Below, piece after piece: positions 32,288 through 41,157 of a DNA stretch of 64,000 nucleotides. Under the pieces are notes generated by a model that made no database searches, was not told where the DNA came from, and worked only from the letters and a program-made list of their open reading frames with translations. The translations under genes and the position numbers were made by a program. Position 1 is the first letter of the stretch. The number at the start of each line of letters is the position of its first letter. This stretch comes from Acidobacteriota bacterium (GTDB lineage Bacteria > Acidobacteriota > UBA6911 > JACQSX01): positions 36,895-100,894 of the forward strand of contig DASXQR010000060.1 of the NCBI GenBank assembly GCA_036507075.1. The letters are read 5' to 3'.

Positions 32288-32788
32288 ATGGCGACTGTAA
32301 CGCTGAAGGGCAACCCGGTTCACACGACCGGGGATCTTCCCAAGGTAGGTTCAAAAGCTCCTGATTTTCGGCTCGTAGACGGGAAGCTGAATGACATCAC
32401 CCTCGGAAATTTCCAGGGGAAGAAAAAACTGCTGAACATTGTTCCCAGCCTTGACACCTCGACGTGCGCCACGTCGACGAGAAAATTCAACGAAAAAGCT
32501 TCTCAATTGAACAATACCGTTATTCTGGTCGTCTCTGCGGATCTTCCTTTCGCTCAAAATCGATTCTGCTCCACCGAGGGTCTTGCCAATGTTATTCCGC
32601 TTTCGATGATGCGCTCCCGCGATTTCGCCAATGACTATGGAGTCCTGCTCTCGGATGGGCCCCTGGCAGGCATCGCGGCCCGGGCAATTGTTGTCCTTGA
32701 TGAGAACAACCGCGTCGTGTACAACCAATTGGTCGGGGAAATCGTCAACGAGCCGGACTACGACAAGGCGTTGTCTGCGCTGAAGTAG
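32288..32788 (+). CDS. tpx: Thiol peroxidase (atypical 2-Cys peroxiredoxin)
   Basis: [26 protein letters not shown]. Confidence 0.96.
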   Translation: MATVTLKGNPVHTTGDLPKVGSKAPDFRLVDGKLNDITLGNFQGKKKLLNIVPSLDTSTCATSTRKFNEKASQLNNTVILVVSADLPFAQNRFCSTEGLANVIPLSMMRSRDFANDYGVLLSDGPLAGIAARAIVVLDENNRVVYNQLVGEIVNEPDYDKALSALK

Positions 32789-32837
32789 TTCGCTCACATT
32801 TAACCGGAACGGCCGCGGCGTCAAACTGTGGACCGTC

Positions 32838-33554
32838 TTGGAATACATCCCGACACAAACGAGTTTGGATATCATCGCCCTCACCGTCGGTCTGAAGCAA
32901 CGTATCGCCGCCGTCTATGGTTTACTGGCCGAGCGCATGCCCCACTTTCCCAAAGCGCAGGAGACCTGGTACGAGCTTGCAGAAAGCGAACGATACCACT
33001 GCGAAAAACTGGCCCATCTTGCCGAGCATATAGAAATCGGCGGCGATGGAGAAAAGATTGAGGCTCTGTCCGGAATGGTAGGGCAGTTGGAAAAGCGGGC
33101 GCGCGCCCCTGACTTGAAGCTTGAGGAGGCCTATCAAATCAGTCTCGACCTCTCGAGTTACCAGGTCGAACTGATGGCTTACGTGGTGGAAAGAATTGAA
33201 TTCCCTCAATCCCTGGAGATAAAGAACATGGCCTCGACTATGTCGGCCAGCCTGCTTCAACTTTATGACATGGTGGAAAAATACACGGCAGCCACCGATT
33301 TGCGCAGCGCTGTGATGCGCACCAAGGTTCAACTCTTAGGCCTGCAGCTTACCTTCCTTGAGTTCGACGTTAAGAACTATCTCACCGCTGTCCTTGGGCT
33401 CAGCCACATGCTGGCGCGCGAAGTGCTGGGAGAGAGAACAAAGACGCTGCTGGAAGAAACCTATCAATACTCAACACAACTTCACGATACTCTCCGGAAC
33501 ATGGAGCGCGTGCGGCGGGAACTGACCTCTTCGGAAAAAAAATCAAAACATTAA
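32838..33554 (+). CDS. Ferritin/rubrerythrin-like domain fused to a HisKA-like helix pair lacking the phospho-His
   Basis: AAVY.LLAE...WYELAESERYH; C-terminal EFDVKNYLTAVLGLSHML; TTG start. Confidence 0.65.
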   Translation: MEYIPTQTSLDIIALTVGLKQRIAAVYGLLAERMPHFPKAQETWYELAESERYHCEKLAHLAEHIEIGGDGEKIEALSGMVGQLEKRARAPDLKLEEAYQISLDLSSYQVELMAYVVERIEFPQSLEIKNMASTMSASLLQLYDMVEKYTAATDLRSAVMRTKVQLLGLQLTFLEFDVKNYLTAVLGLSHMLAREVLGERTKTLLEETYQYSTQLHDTLRNMERVRRELTSSEKKSKH

Positions 33555-33580
33555 AAAAGCCCTGCCTTGGCAGGGCTTTT
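33555..33580. terminator. Bidirectional intrinsic terminator
   Basis: AAAAGCCCTGC-CTTG-GCAGGGCTTTT between convergent genes. Confidence 0.8.
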
Positions 33581-33660
33581 ACCAGGAAGGAAATTCTTCC
33601 TGGGAGGGAGGTTCACGATCTAATAATAAAGATGCTCTGGTGAAGGAAAAAGATGACTAA

Positions 33661-34044
33661 TTAGCGATGATCGCGTCTGAACTTTTTGCGCTCCTGGTCC
33701 TTTTCTTTCAAAAAGGCCTCAAATTTTTGGTCCTGCTCTTCCGTCAGAATCGCCCGGATCTTCTGTCTCATATCGTTACGAATCCCGTCAAAACGAGCCG
33801 TGGCTTCCGCCCGGGCTGATGAAAATCTTCCGCGCGATTCGTCCATGATCTTCTCGAACTGAACCTTTTGCTGTTCGGAGAGCCGTAAGTTCTTCTCCAG
33901 GTCAACACGCTGATTCTTGTCATTGCCGCGGTAGCTGCTGGCACGGGTCTTGCCAAGCCACACGTAAACTCCACCAGCGCCCGAAATGCAGCCCAACACA
34001 AAGACCAAACCGAGTATCAGAACGGCATGTAAACGAGTGCTCAT
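33661..34044 (-). CDS. Periplasmic Spy/CpxP-like protein
   Basis: N-terminal TM; LRLSEQQ and ILTEEQ (LTxxQ) motifs. Confidence 0.8.
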   Translation of the reverse strand: MSTRLHAVLILGLVFVLGCISGAGGVYVWLGKTRASSYRGNDKNQRVDLEKNLRLSEQQKVQFEKIMDESRGRFSSARAEATARFDGIRNDMRQKIRAILTEEQDQKFEAFLKEKDQERKKFRRDHR

Positions 34045-34490
34045 CTGCCTCCCTCCTGCTGCAGCAAGGAAAGCAGCTCCTCATCCGTCTGAATTCTCCC
34101 CAGCTCTCCTGCGAACTCTGATTCACTTCCAGAAAGCAGCACTTCGATGTCCCGCTCCGCATCGGAAGGCACAAACAGTATCGGCTTCATGAACCAACTC
34201 ACCGCCAGAAAAAGCAACGCGGCGGCAGCCCAGACTCGAGCGGGGCGAAGCAGCGAAAGCATCACAGCGTCCCAGGTTTTCGACTGGCTGAACGCCGCCT
34301 TCGCGGTGCGCTCGGCAAAGTGCAGTCGAAGCGGAACGTCGACGGCTTCAATGATTTTCACAATACTGTCCAGCAGGCCTACCGTCGAGCGGCACTCTTC
34401 GCATTCCTGCAAGTGATTTTCAAACTCCAGACACTGCGCTGGATTCAATTCGTCGTCGCGATATCGATCCAACATTGAGCAAAGCTTCAT
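34041..34490 (-). CDS. Zinc-finger (zf-HC2) anti-sigma factor
   Basis: HLQECEEC motif, single TM helix; overlaps sigma stop. Confidence 0.88.
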   Translation of the reverse strand: MKLCSMLDRYRDDELNPAQCLEFENHLQECEECRSTVGLLDSIVKIIEAVDVPLRLHFAERTAKAAFSQSKTWDAVMLSLLRPARVWAAAALLFLAVSWFMKPILFVPSDAERDIEVLLSGSESEFAGELGRIQTDEELLSLLQQEGGR

Positions 34491-35098
34491 GATTTTTTCA
34501 TTCCTTTCCGTGTTCCCCTCAGGTACTCACGGAATTTTTGCTGTACCTGCTTGCGCGCGCGCGACACCCGAATCCGGGCGCCCAGCTCGGAGGTATTTAA
34601 CGCCTCGGCTAAGTCCCGGTACGGCAGTCCCTCCACTTCTCTCAACAGGAATGCCATCCGATCTCTCGGTTTGAGCTCTTCGAGCAGCGACATGGCAACT
34701 TCCTCGTAAGTCTCCGGTCGCTCGGTGATCATGGAATCAAAATCAGGCTTTCTGGAAAGCGAATTCAGCAGCCTTTCCTGTTCCGTCTCCTCAAGGTCCG
34801 TCCACAAATTGTGGCGCCGCACTCTCTCCCGGCGCAACTGATCGACGCAATAATTTGCCGCAATTCGCGCAATCCACGGCACGAACGGCCGGGAACGGTC
34901 AAACTGGTGCAAAGAATTGTACGCCCGGATGAACACCTCCTGAACCGCATCCTCATGATCCAGCGAAATTCCCAGAGTGCGGTGTACCGTTCTGGAAACG
35001 ACGCCCTGGTGGCGCTTCACCAGCGTGGTAAACGCCGACTGATCGCCGTCCAGAACGCGCTTCACAAGAACATGATCTTCCGGATCGGCCATCCCCAT
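34487..35098 (-). CDS. ECF RNA polymerase sigma factor
   Basis: GDQSAF..LV.RH, EDAVQEVFIRAY, WIARIA.N, region-4 LLREVEGLPY. Confidence 0.93.
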   Translation of the reverse strand: MGMADPEDHVLVKRVLDGDQSAFTTLVKRHQGVVSRTVHRTLGISLDHEDAVQEVFIRAYNSLHQFDRSRPFVPWIARIAANYCVDQLRRERVRRHNLWTDLEETEQERLLNSLSRKPDFDSMITERPETYEEVAMSLLEELKPRDRMAFLLREVEGLPYRDLAEALNTSELGARIRVSRARKQVQQKFREYLRGTRKGMKKS

Positions 35099-35159
35099 CT
35101 CTTTATTACGCAATGTCCTGCGGGTGTTTCAAAGCCGTCGTAATCTTTCTAAAAAGCCT

Positions 35160-35273
35160 GCAGCGCCGGCCTGCCCACCGACGGGAATGCCGGCCAGAGG
35201 CCGGCGCTTTGTGCCGCCCGTAGAGACGCGACATGTCGCGTCTGAGCTCTGACCCGGCATGCCGCATCTCTAC
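35160..35273. repeat. REP cluster including a GTAG-type doublet (35220-35273)
   Basis: GCGCCGGCC...GGCCGGCGC; GTAGAGACGCGACATGTCGCGTCT...CGGCATGCCGCATCTCTAC. Confidence 0.75.
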
Positions 35274-35308
35274 GCCGGAAACTCGCTAACCCGCAACTTA
35301 CGTAAAGT

Positions 35309-36376
35309 TTACTGGTCCTTTGAGGCGTAGTACCCGTCGCGGGCCCGCACCTTTAGCTCGTCCGGTTTTCCGTCGGCGTTCAGGTCAGCCTTTGCTTCCA
35401 CGCGGATCTTGCGGAATTTCCCGTCTTTGGCGGTATTGGTCGGGGTGTAGGAGAGACGGTACTGGCTGCGCAGCATGTTGGAGATGTCGGTAAAAATCGA
35501 AGGATATTCCTGCAGGAAACGAGGAAAATACGCGACCCCACCGGTCGCCTTGGCATATTCCTTCAGCACGGCATCCGCCTGATAGAAATCAAGCCGCGTT
35601 TCATCGGCCATCTGATGTTCGTAGCGGGCGCGCAGGTTGCCCATAATGCTGATGGGATAAATGATGGCGCTCGTGCTCTTGACTGCTTTCAAGGCTTTAT
35701 CCAGGTTCACCTTGCTGAAAGTATCGCGTCCGGTGGTAAGCATCACGATTGCAACCTTGCCATCAATTTCCTGAACTCGAGACAGGACGTCGATGCTCGC
35801 ATCGTAAAAATTAGCCTCGCTCCAAGCCGGATAGTTCAGTCTCCGCAATGCATTGTAAATCTCCCCTTTGTTCTGCGTGAAATCCGTCAGGATTTCCGGA
35901 CGAATGTCGTACGCCACCAGCGCCATCCAATCCTCCGGGCGGACCTGTTCCACAAACGTGTACGCCGCCGTCAGGACCTCATACAACCCGTACCAAATCA
36001 GTTTGTTGTACTCGACCAGAAGCACCACTGTAATGGGGGCATCCACGGGAGCAAAATTGCTGATCTTCTGCTCGATTTTGTCCTCGTAGATCTTAAAGTT
36101 TTCGACGGTCAGCCCTTTGATCAAATTTCCATTCTTGTCTGTGACCGTTGCGTCAACGCTCACCTGCTCCACACTCACCCGGATCGAGGTCCGTCCGCGG
36201 GGAGATTCCTGTTTTTCCTTCAGGTCTTTGGGCTTTTGATCATCAGTCTTCGGATCGGACTTCTCCTGAGGCTTTTCTTGCGCCGCAGACACACCGCGAA
36301 TTCCGCCTTGCTCCGCCCCTGTAACTGTCAGGAAAAGCAGAGCCCAAATCGACAGCAGAGCCAAGAATCTTTTCAT
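35309..36376 (-). CDS. Acidobacterial VWFA-related secreted protein
   Basis: Signal peptide; VTDKNGNLI.GL...F.IYED, TGRDTFS, LRSQY.L.Y.PTN...DGKFRKI. Confidence 0.9.
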   Translation of the reverse strand: MKRFLALLSIWALLFLTVTGAEQGGIRGVSAAQEKPQEKSDPKTDDQKPKDLKEKQESPRGRTSIRVSVEQVSVDATVTDKNGNLIKGLTVENFKIYEDKIEQKISNFAPVDAPITVVLLVEYNKLIWYGLYEVLTAAYTFVEQVRPEDWMALVAYDIRPEILTDFTQNKGEIYNALRRLNYPAWSEANFYDASIDVLSRVQEIDGKVAIVMLTTGRDTFSKVNLDKALKAVKSTSAIIYPISIMGNLRARYEHQMADETRLDFYQADAVLKEYAKATGGVAYFPRFLQEYPSIFTDISNMLRSQYRLSYTPTNTAKDGKFRKIRVEAKADLNADGKPDELKVRARDGYYASKDQ

Positions 36377-36439
36377 GGGAACACGCCCTTTTCTAGATAT
36401 GATTAATATTCTAACACATTGTTTCGACGCGCTCGGCGC

Positions 36440-36665
36440 GTTCGCGAGTTTGCGAGTTTGCAGGTTGACGGGTTACGGGTTGACGGGTTGACGAGTTGCG
36501 GGGTGTCGGGTTACGGGTTGTCGAGTTTGCGGGTTGTCGAGTTACGGCTTAGCAAGTTAGAAAATTCAAACTTGAAAATTCACCGACGTGCAAATTCCAG
36601 CTCGAAACCCGAAACCCGGTAACCCGGAACCGGTAACCCGGAACCCGGTAACCCGTAACCCGCAA
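36440..36665. repeat. Inverted CGGGTT/AACCCG heptamer arrays
   Basis: Direct reading. Confidence 0.85.
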
Positions 36666-36683
36666 ACTTGTAACTTTGGCAAA

Positions 36684-37391
36684 ATGCAATCAGAGTTGAA
36701 CACAATTGTCTTTGACCTCGACGGTACTCTGCTAGATACGGAAAGCATCGTGCTGGATGCTGTTTCCAAAGCCGTCGACCGCACATCAGGAAAGTTCCGG
36801 CTGGATCTGCGGCAGCCTGCGCGCGACGAGATCCTCGCTTTGCTCGGGATTCCCGTTTTTCAATTTGTTTCCCGCCTCGGTCTCAATCTTAAAGAAGAGG
36901 CTGCCAAATACCTGGAGTCGGAAATCGAAGAGGAGGAACTTCAACTTATCGAGGACGGTCAGGCGCGGCTTTTCGATGGAGTTTCCGACGTACTGCGGCA
37001 GCTTAAAGCGTGCGACTGGAACCTCGCACTGATCTCTAACTGCTCTCGCCGATACCTGATGGCGCTTTCGGACTATTTTGATTTCGGCAACTACTTTGAA
37101 TTCTCCCTGTGCGTGGAGGATGTGAGGCTGGATGGCAAAGGCATTTTGCTCAGAGAACTTCTTACCAAGACAGATCGGCTCGCCGCCGAAACCATCTACG
37201 TCGGCGATCGAACATCTGATTGGGAAGCGGCAAATTTCGTTAAATGTGGATTCATCGGAGCCCGATGGGGTTATGGCGGCGGATTCGACGCGCAGATCGT
37301 CACTATAGGATCAATTCGGGAGTTGCCGGAAATCCTGAAGCGGATTGAAGAGTCACATCCCGAACCTGGAAAGTCGGGCGTAAAGTGTTAG
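36684..37391 (+). CDS. HAD-family phosphatase (Gph-like)
   Basis: FDLDGTLLD, ISN, K, YVGDRTSD. Confidence 0.9.
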   Translation: MQSELNTIVFDLDGTLLDTESIVLDAVSKAVDRTSGKFRLDLRQPARDEILALLGIPVFQFVSRLGLNLKEEAAKYLESEIEEEELQLIEDGQARLFDGVSDVLRQLKACDWNLALISNCSRRYLMALSDYFDFGNYFEFSLCVEDVRLDGKGILLRELLTKTDRLAAETIYVGDRTSDWEAANFVKCGFIGARWGYGGGFDAQIVTIGSIRELPEILKRIEESHPEPGKSGVKC

Positions 37392-37401
37392 AATTGAACG
37401 G

Positions 37402-38184
37402 ATGACGCTGGCCCAAAAACGCTCGCAACTGGAGAACCTTCTCGGCCAAATGGAATCGCTGCTGGTGGCCTACAGCGGAGGAGTAGACAGCGCGCTGGTG
37501 GCGTATGTCGCGAGCCGCATTTTGTCGGACCGGATGCTTGCCATTACAGCCCAGAGCGCGTCGATGGCGGAATTGGAGTTAACTCGCGCCGTAGAGTTTG
37601 CCAAAACGCACCGCATACCTCACCGGGTAATCAAAACGGACGAACTGGAGGACCCTCGCTACGCGGCCAATCCAACCAATCGCTGCTTCTTCTGCAAGGA
37701 CGAACTCTACAACAAGCTGGGAACGCTGAAACAGGAGTTGAACTTTGCCTGGTTGGCTGACGGTTCACACGCCGAAGACGTCGCAGGCGACAGGCCGGGA
37801 ATGCGCGCCGCCTCCAATCACGGCGTACGCAGCCCGTTGCGCGAAGCCGGATTCGGCAAAGCGGATGTGCGTGCCCTGGCAAAGGAGCTGGCGCTGGAGA
37901 TCTGGGATAAACCAGCCTCCCCATGCCTCAGTTCGCGCGTGCCGCACGGCATCGCCATAACTCCGGAAAAATTGCAGCGCATCGATCGGGCAGAAGAAGT
38001 CCTGCGATCGCTGGGATTCCGGGTGGTGCGTGTTCGCCATCACGACGAACTTGCCCGAATCGAAGTGGGCCGGGACGAGCTGCCGCGTTTTCTGGATGTC
38101 AAACTGTTCGAGCGCGTGGTCTCCGAATTTCGGCGAATCGGTTACCGCCATGTCACGCTGGACATGCAGGGGTATCACGGTTAA
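37402..38184 (+). CDS. larE: LarE-family ATP-dependent sulfur transferase
   Basis: AYSGGVDS PP-loop, NRCFFCK, RPG, WDKPASPCLSSR, VRVRHH..LARIEV. Confidence 0.92.
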   Translation: MTLAQKRSQLENLLGQMESLLVAYSGGVDSALVAYVASRILSDRMLAITAQSASMAELELTRAVEFAKTHRIPHRVIKTDELEDPRYAANPTNRCFFCKDELYNKLGTLKQELNFAWLADGSHAEDVAGDRPGMRAASNHGVRSPLREAGFGKADVRALAKELALEIWDKPASPCLSSRVPHGIAITPEKLQRIDRAEEVLRSLGFRVVRVRHHDELARIEVGRDELPRFLDVKLFERVVSEFRRIGYRHVTLDMQGYHG

Positions 38185-38211
38185 AGGACTTACAATCGCC
38201 GTGCCGTTCAC

Positions 38212-38310
38212 AAATGCGGAATTCGGAATGCGGATTGCGGAATAAAGCCGAGAACCCTTCCAGCGCAGATTGTGCCGGCGCATTTATGCCGCATTCCGCA
38301 TTCCGAATTC
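38212..38310. repeat. Inverted AATGCGG/CCGCATT arrays
   Basis: Direct reading. Confidence 0.8.
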
Positions 38311-38333
38311 CGGTTTTGATGCCAAGCTTCTCA

Positions 38334-40025
38334 ATGCGCCAAACCACTCTCGTGGTTGTAATCACGCTGTTTTCCGCCCTCCACGCCGCCTCGCGGGCTC
38401 CAGTCGCCGCAAAGCACGGAATGGTGGTATCAGTCAGTCCCGAAGCGTCCCGGGTGGGAATTGAAATACTGCGGCGGGGCGGTAATGCCGTTGATGCCGC
38501 CGTTGCTGTCGGGTTCGCTTTGGCAGTCACTCATCCGGCAGCCGGAAACATCGGAGGGGGCGGCTTTATGGTGATTCACCTGGACCGCCCTGGCCAGGAA
38601 ATCAGTCTGGACTATCGTGAAAGGGCACCCGCGTCAGCCACCCGGGACATGTACCTGGATCAGCAAGGCAATGTAATTGCGGGAGTGTCGACGATCGGGC
38701 ACAAGGCTGTGGCGGTCCCCGGATCGGTTCGCGGTTTGCACTCTGCCTGGCAAAAGTACGGGAAACTCAAATGGAGGGAACTGCTGCAGCCCGCTATTTT
38801 GCTGGCGCAGAATGGCTTCAAGGTGAGTGCGTCCTTGTCGGCATCATTGAAGAACAAGGAGAATTCCGAAAAACTGGCGCGCTTTGCCGAAAGCAAAAAG
38901 CTTTTTCTCAAGAACGGCGGTTCCTTTGAAGAGGGAGACACGCTGGTGCAGAAGGAGCTGGCATCCACGCTGCGGCGTATCGCCAGACTTGGTCCGGCCG
39001 GTTTCTATGAAGGCCCGGTCGCCTCGCTCATTGTCGATGAAATGCGGCGAAATGGCGGCCTTATCACTCTGGATGACTTGAAGAATTATCAGGCGGTATT
39101 TCGCGCTCCCGTTCGCGGGACTTACCGCGGATACGAAGTTGTATCCATGGGACCGCCCAGCTCAGGAGGCATCGCGCTGATCGAGATGCTCAATATGATG
39201 GAGCGCTTCCCGCTCAGGGAATTGGGATTGAATTCATCGCGCAGCATTCACCTGAAGGCGGAAATCATGCGCCGCGCGTTTGCCGACCGCGCCAAGTTCC
39301 TCGGAGATTCGGACTTCACGCGCGTTCCGGTGCGCGGCCTGACTTCCAAAGATTACGCCGCCGGTCTGGCGCAGACCATTTCGCTCGAACATGCCGGCGC
39401 AAGCGCCCAGACAACTGCCGGAAATCCAAACGCATATGAGTCGCCTGAGACCACCCACTATTCAATAATAGACAAAGACGACAACGCAGTGGCCGCGACC
39501 ACGACCCTCAACGGCAGTTATGGCTCCGGCGTGACGGTCGCCGGGGCCGGGTTTCTGCTTAACAACGAGATGGACGATTTCTCCTCCAAGCCCGACGCGC
39601 CGAATGCGTACGGCTTAATCCAGGGAATAGCAAACGCTATCGGGCCGCTCAAGCGGCCGCTGAGCGCGATGACGCCCACGATCATCAAACGGGAAAAGAA
39701 GATCTTTCTGATCACCGGCTCGCCCGGTGGACCCACCATCATGAACACCGTCTTTCAGATCGTGCTAAACGTGATCGATTACGGCCTCAACATCCAGGAG
39801 GCAGTGGATGCTCCCCGCGTCCACCATCAGTGGCTCCCCGACGAGCTGCGGGCAGAGCGCGACACGATCCCTGAGGACGTTGAAAACGCATTGCGGGCCA
39901 GAGGACACAAGCTGAACTATCGCGAAAAGATCGGGGATGCCCATAGTATTCTGGTCGATCTTAAAACCCGGATACGCTATGGCGCGGCCGATCCCAGATC
40001 AGACAGCCTGGCCGTCGGATATTAG
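38334..40025 (+). CDS. ggt: Gamma-glutamyltransferase
   Basis: Signal peptide; GGNAVDAA, GNIGGGGFM, autocleavage E-TTHYS, LNNEMDDF, RPLSAM, GSPGG. Confidence 0.96.
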   Translation: MRQTTLVVVITLFSALHAASRAPVAAKHGMVVSVSPEASRVGIEILRRGGNAVDAAVAVGFALAVTHPAAGNIGGGGFMVIHLDRPGQEISLDYRERAPASATRDMYLDQQGNVIAGVSTIGHKAVAVPGSVRGLHSAWQKYGKLKWRELLQPAILLAQNGFKVSASLSASLKNKENSEKLARFAESKKLFLKNGGSFEEGDTLVQKELASTLRRIARLGPAGFYEGPVASLIVDEMRRNGGLITLDDLKNYQAVFRAPVRGTYRGYEVVSMGPPSSGGIALIEMLNMMERFPLRELGLNSSRSIHLKAEIMRRAFADRAKFLGDSDFTRVPVRGLTSKDYAAGLAQTISLEHAGASAQTTAGNPNAYESPETTHYSIIDKDDNAVAATTTLNGSYGSGVTVAGAGFLLNNEMDDFSSKPDAPNAYGLIQGIANAIGPLKRPLSAMTPTIIKREKKIFLITGSPGGPTIMNTVFQIVLNVIDYGLNIQEAVDAPRVHHQWLPDELRAERDTIPEDVENALRARGHKLNYREKIGDAHSILVDLKTRIRYGAADPRSDSLAVGY

Positions 40026-40059
40026 CGTGACAGACCCCCATTTTTTCGAGCCTGTTCCC

Positions 40060-40179
40060 GTAGAGACACGATACATCGCGTCTGAGTCGGGCGCGATAAA
40101 TCGCGCCCCAGCGCTGATTTGCGGGGCTCGGGACGCGACATGTCGCGTCCAACTCAGACGCGGCATGCCGCGTCTCTAC
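40060..40179. repeat. GTAG-type REP cluster (REPIN-like) that supplies the ATG of the next ORF
   Basis: Four palindromes bounded by GTAGAGAC...GTCTCTAC. Confidence 0.8.
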
Positions 40180-40941
40180 ATCTGTCTGGCGGCGTTTTTC
40201 GCGTTGGCGTTGAGCGCGCGTGCTTCCGAGCAGACGGATATTGCCCGGCTTCGCGGCATTCTGGCGCTGGCCGATAAGGGAGACAACGGGCTGGCGCTGC
40301 AGCGGATGCGCGAGTTCCTGCAGTCGGCGCCGCAGTCTGCCGAGGCTTTGGATCTTGCCGGTGTTCTGGCCACGCGCCAAGGTCTGTTGTCCGAGGCGCA
40401 TGACTACCTGCTGCGCGCCGCCCGTATTCGTCCAGATTCGCCTCGGATTCTCTCCAACCTCGGCTATCTTCTGATCCAACGGAACGATCCATCAGGCGCG
40501 GTTCGTTTTCTGCGGGGGGCGCTGCTGCTTGATCCCGATTCCTCCGAAGCAGCAGCCAACCTGCGCAGGGCGGTGGTGCTTTTCAACCGGAAGGAAAATA
40601 CCCCGCTGTGCACGGCGATGATCGAGCGAGTGAAAACGCAGAAACTGAATGATCGCATGATCACGTTTTCGGAATCTTCCCATCCCTGCGATTTGGAGGA
40701 ACCTCAGTGGCTGATTGCCGATTTTCCCGCGATTCTGATATTCCGTAACCGCTCAAAGCTCACCCTGCAATTCGAAGCGGCAGCCGCAGATGCGTGGATT
40801 TTCTGGAGCCTCGACGGAAATTCTCAGGGAAGCGAATCTGTCGGTTCCGCGCTTGCTACGGCAATTCCACTGTCTGGAAACGGCCCCCTGCTGCTAACTG
40901 CCAGCCGACAGGTTCTTATCAAAGGCTGGAAGGTCGAGTAA
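40165..40941 (+). CDS. Exported TPR-repeat protein
   Basis: Signal-peptide-like MPRLYICLAAFFALALSARA; TPR motifs (NLGYLL...ALLLDPDSSEAAANL). Confidence 0.7.
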   Translation: MPRLYICLAAFFALALSARASEQTDIARLRGILALADKGDNGLALQRMREFLQSAPQSAEALDLAGVLATRQGLLSEAHDYLLRAARIRPDSPRILSNLGYLLIQRNDPSGAVRFLRGALLLDPDSSEAAANLRRAVVLFNRKENTPLCTAMIERVKTQKLNDRMITFSESSHPCDLEEPQWLIADFPAILIFRNRSKLTLQFEAAAADAWIFWSLDGNSQGSESVGSALATAIPLSGNGPLLLTASRQVLIKGWKVE

Positions 40942-40971
40942 CCAATTGCATAAATTCGGGTAAGGGGTTTT

Positions 40972-41116
40972 CACCACAAAGACACAAAGAACACAAAGCG
41001 TGTCCGTCGTCCGTGGCCCGTTGTCAGTTGTTACTCCTGACGACCGGCATGCAGGAACCCACTGACAACGGACCAAGGACAACAGACTGCCTTTGTGTCC
41101 TTTGTGTCTTTGTGGT
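40972..41116. mobile_element. 'Empty' palindromic host element (9-mer arms, GACAACG arms, conserved core)
   Basis: Core GCCCGTTGTCAGTTGT(T/C)ACTCCTGACGACC.G.ATGCA.GAACC also present (reverse complement) at ~9551-9660. Confidence 0.75.
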
Positions 41117-41157
41117 CAAATAATAGGTCGGCCGGCATTCGGCCGCGGCTATAAACG

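Noticed and set aside
40942..41157. SAM or cobalamin riboswitch upstream of metH
   Set aside because: The region is accounted for by the palindromic repeat element; no riboswitch consensus recognised.
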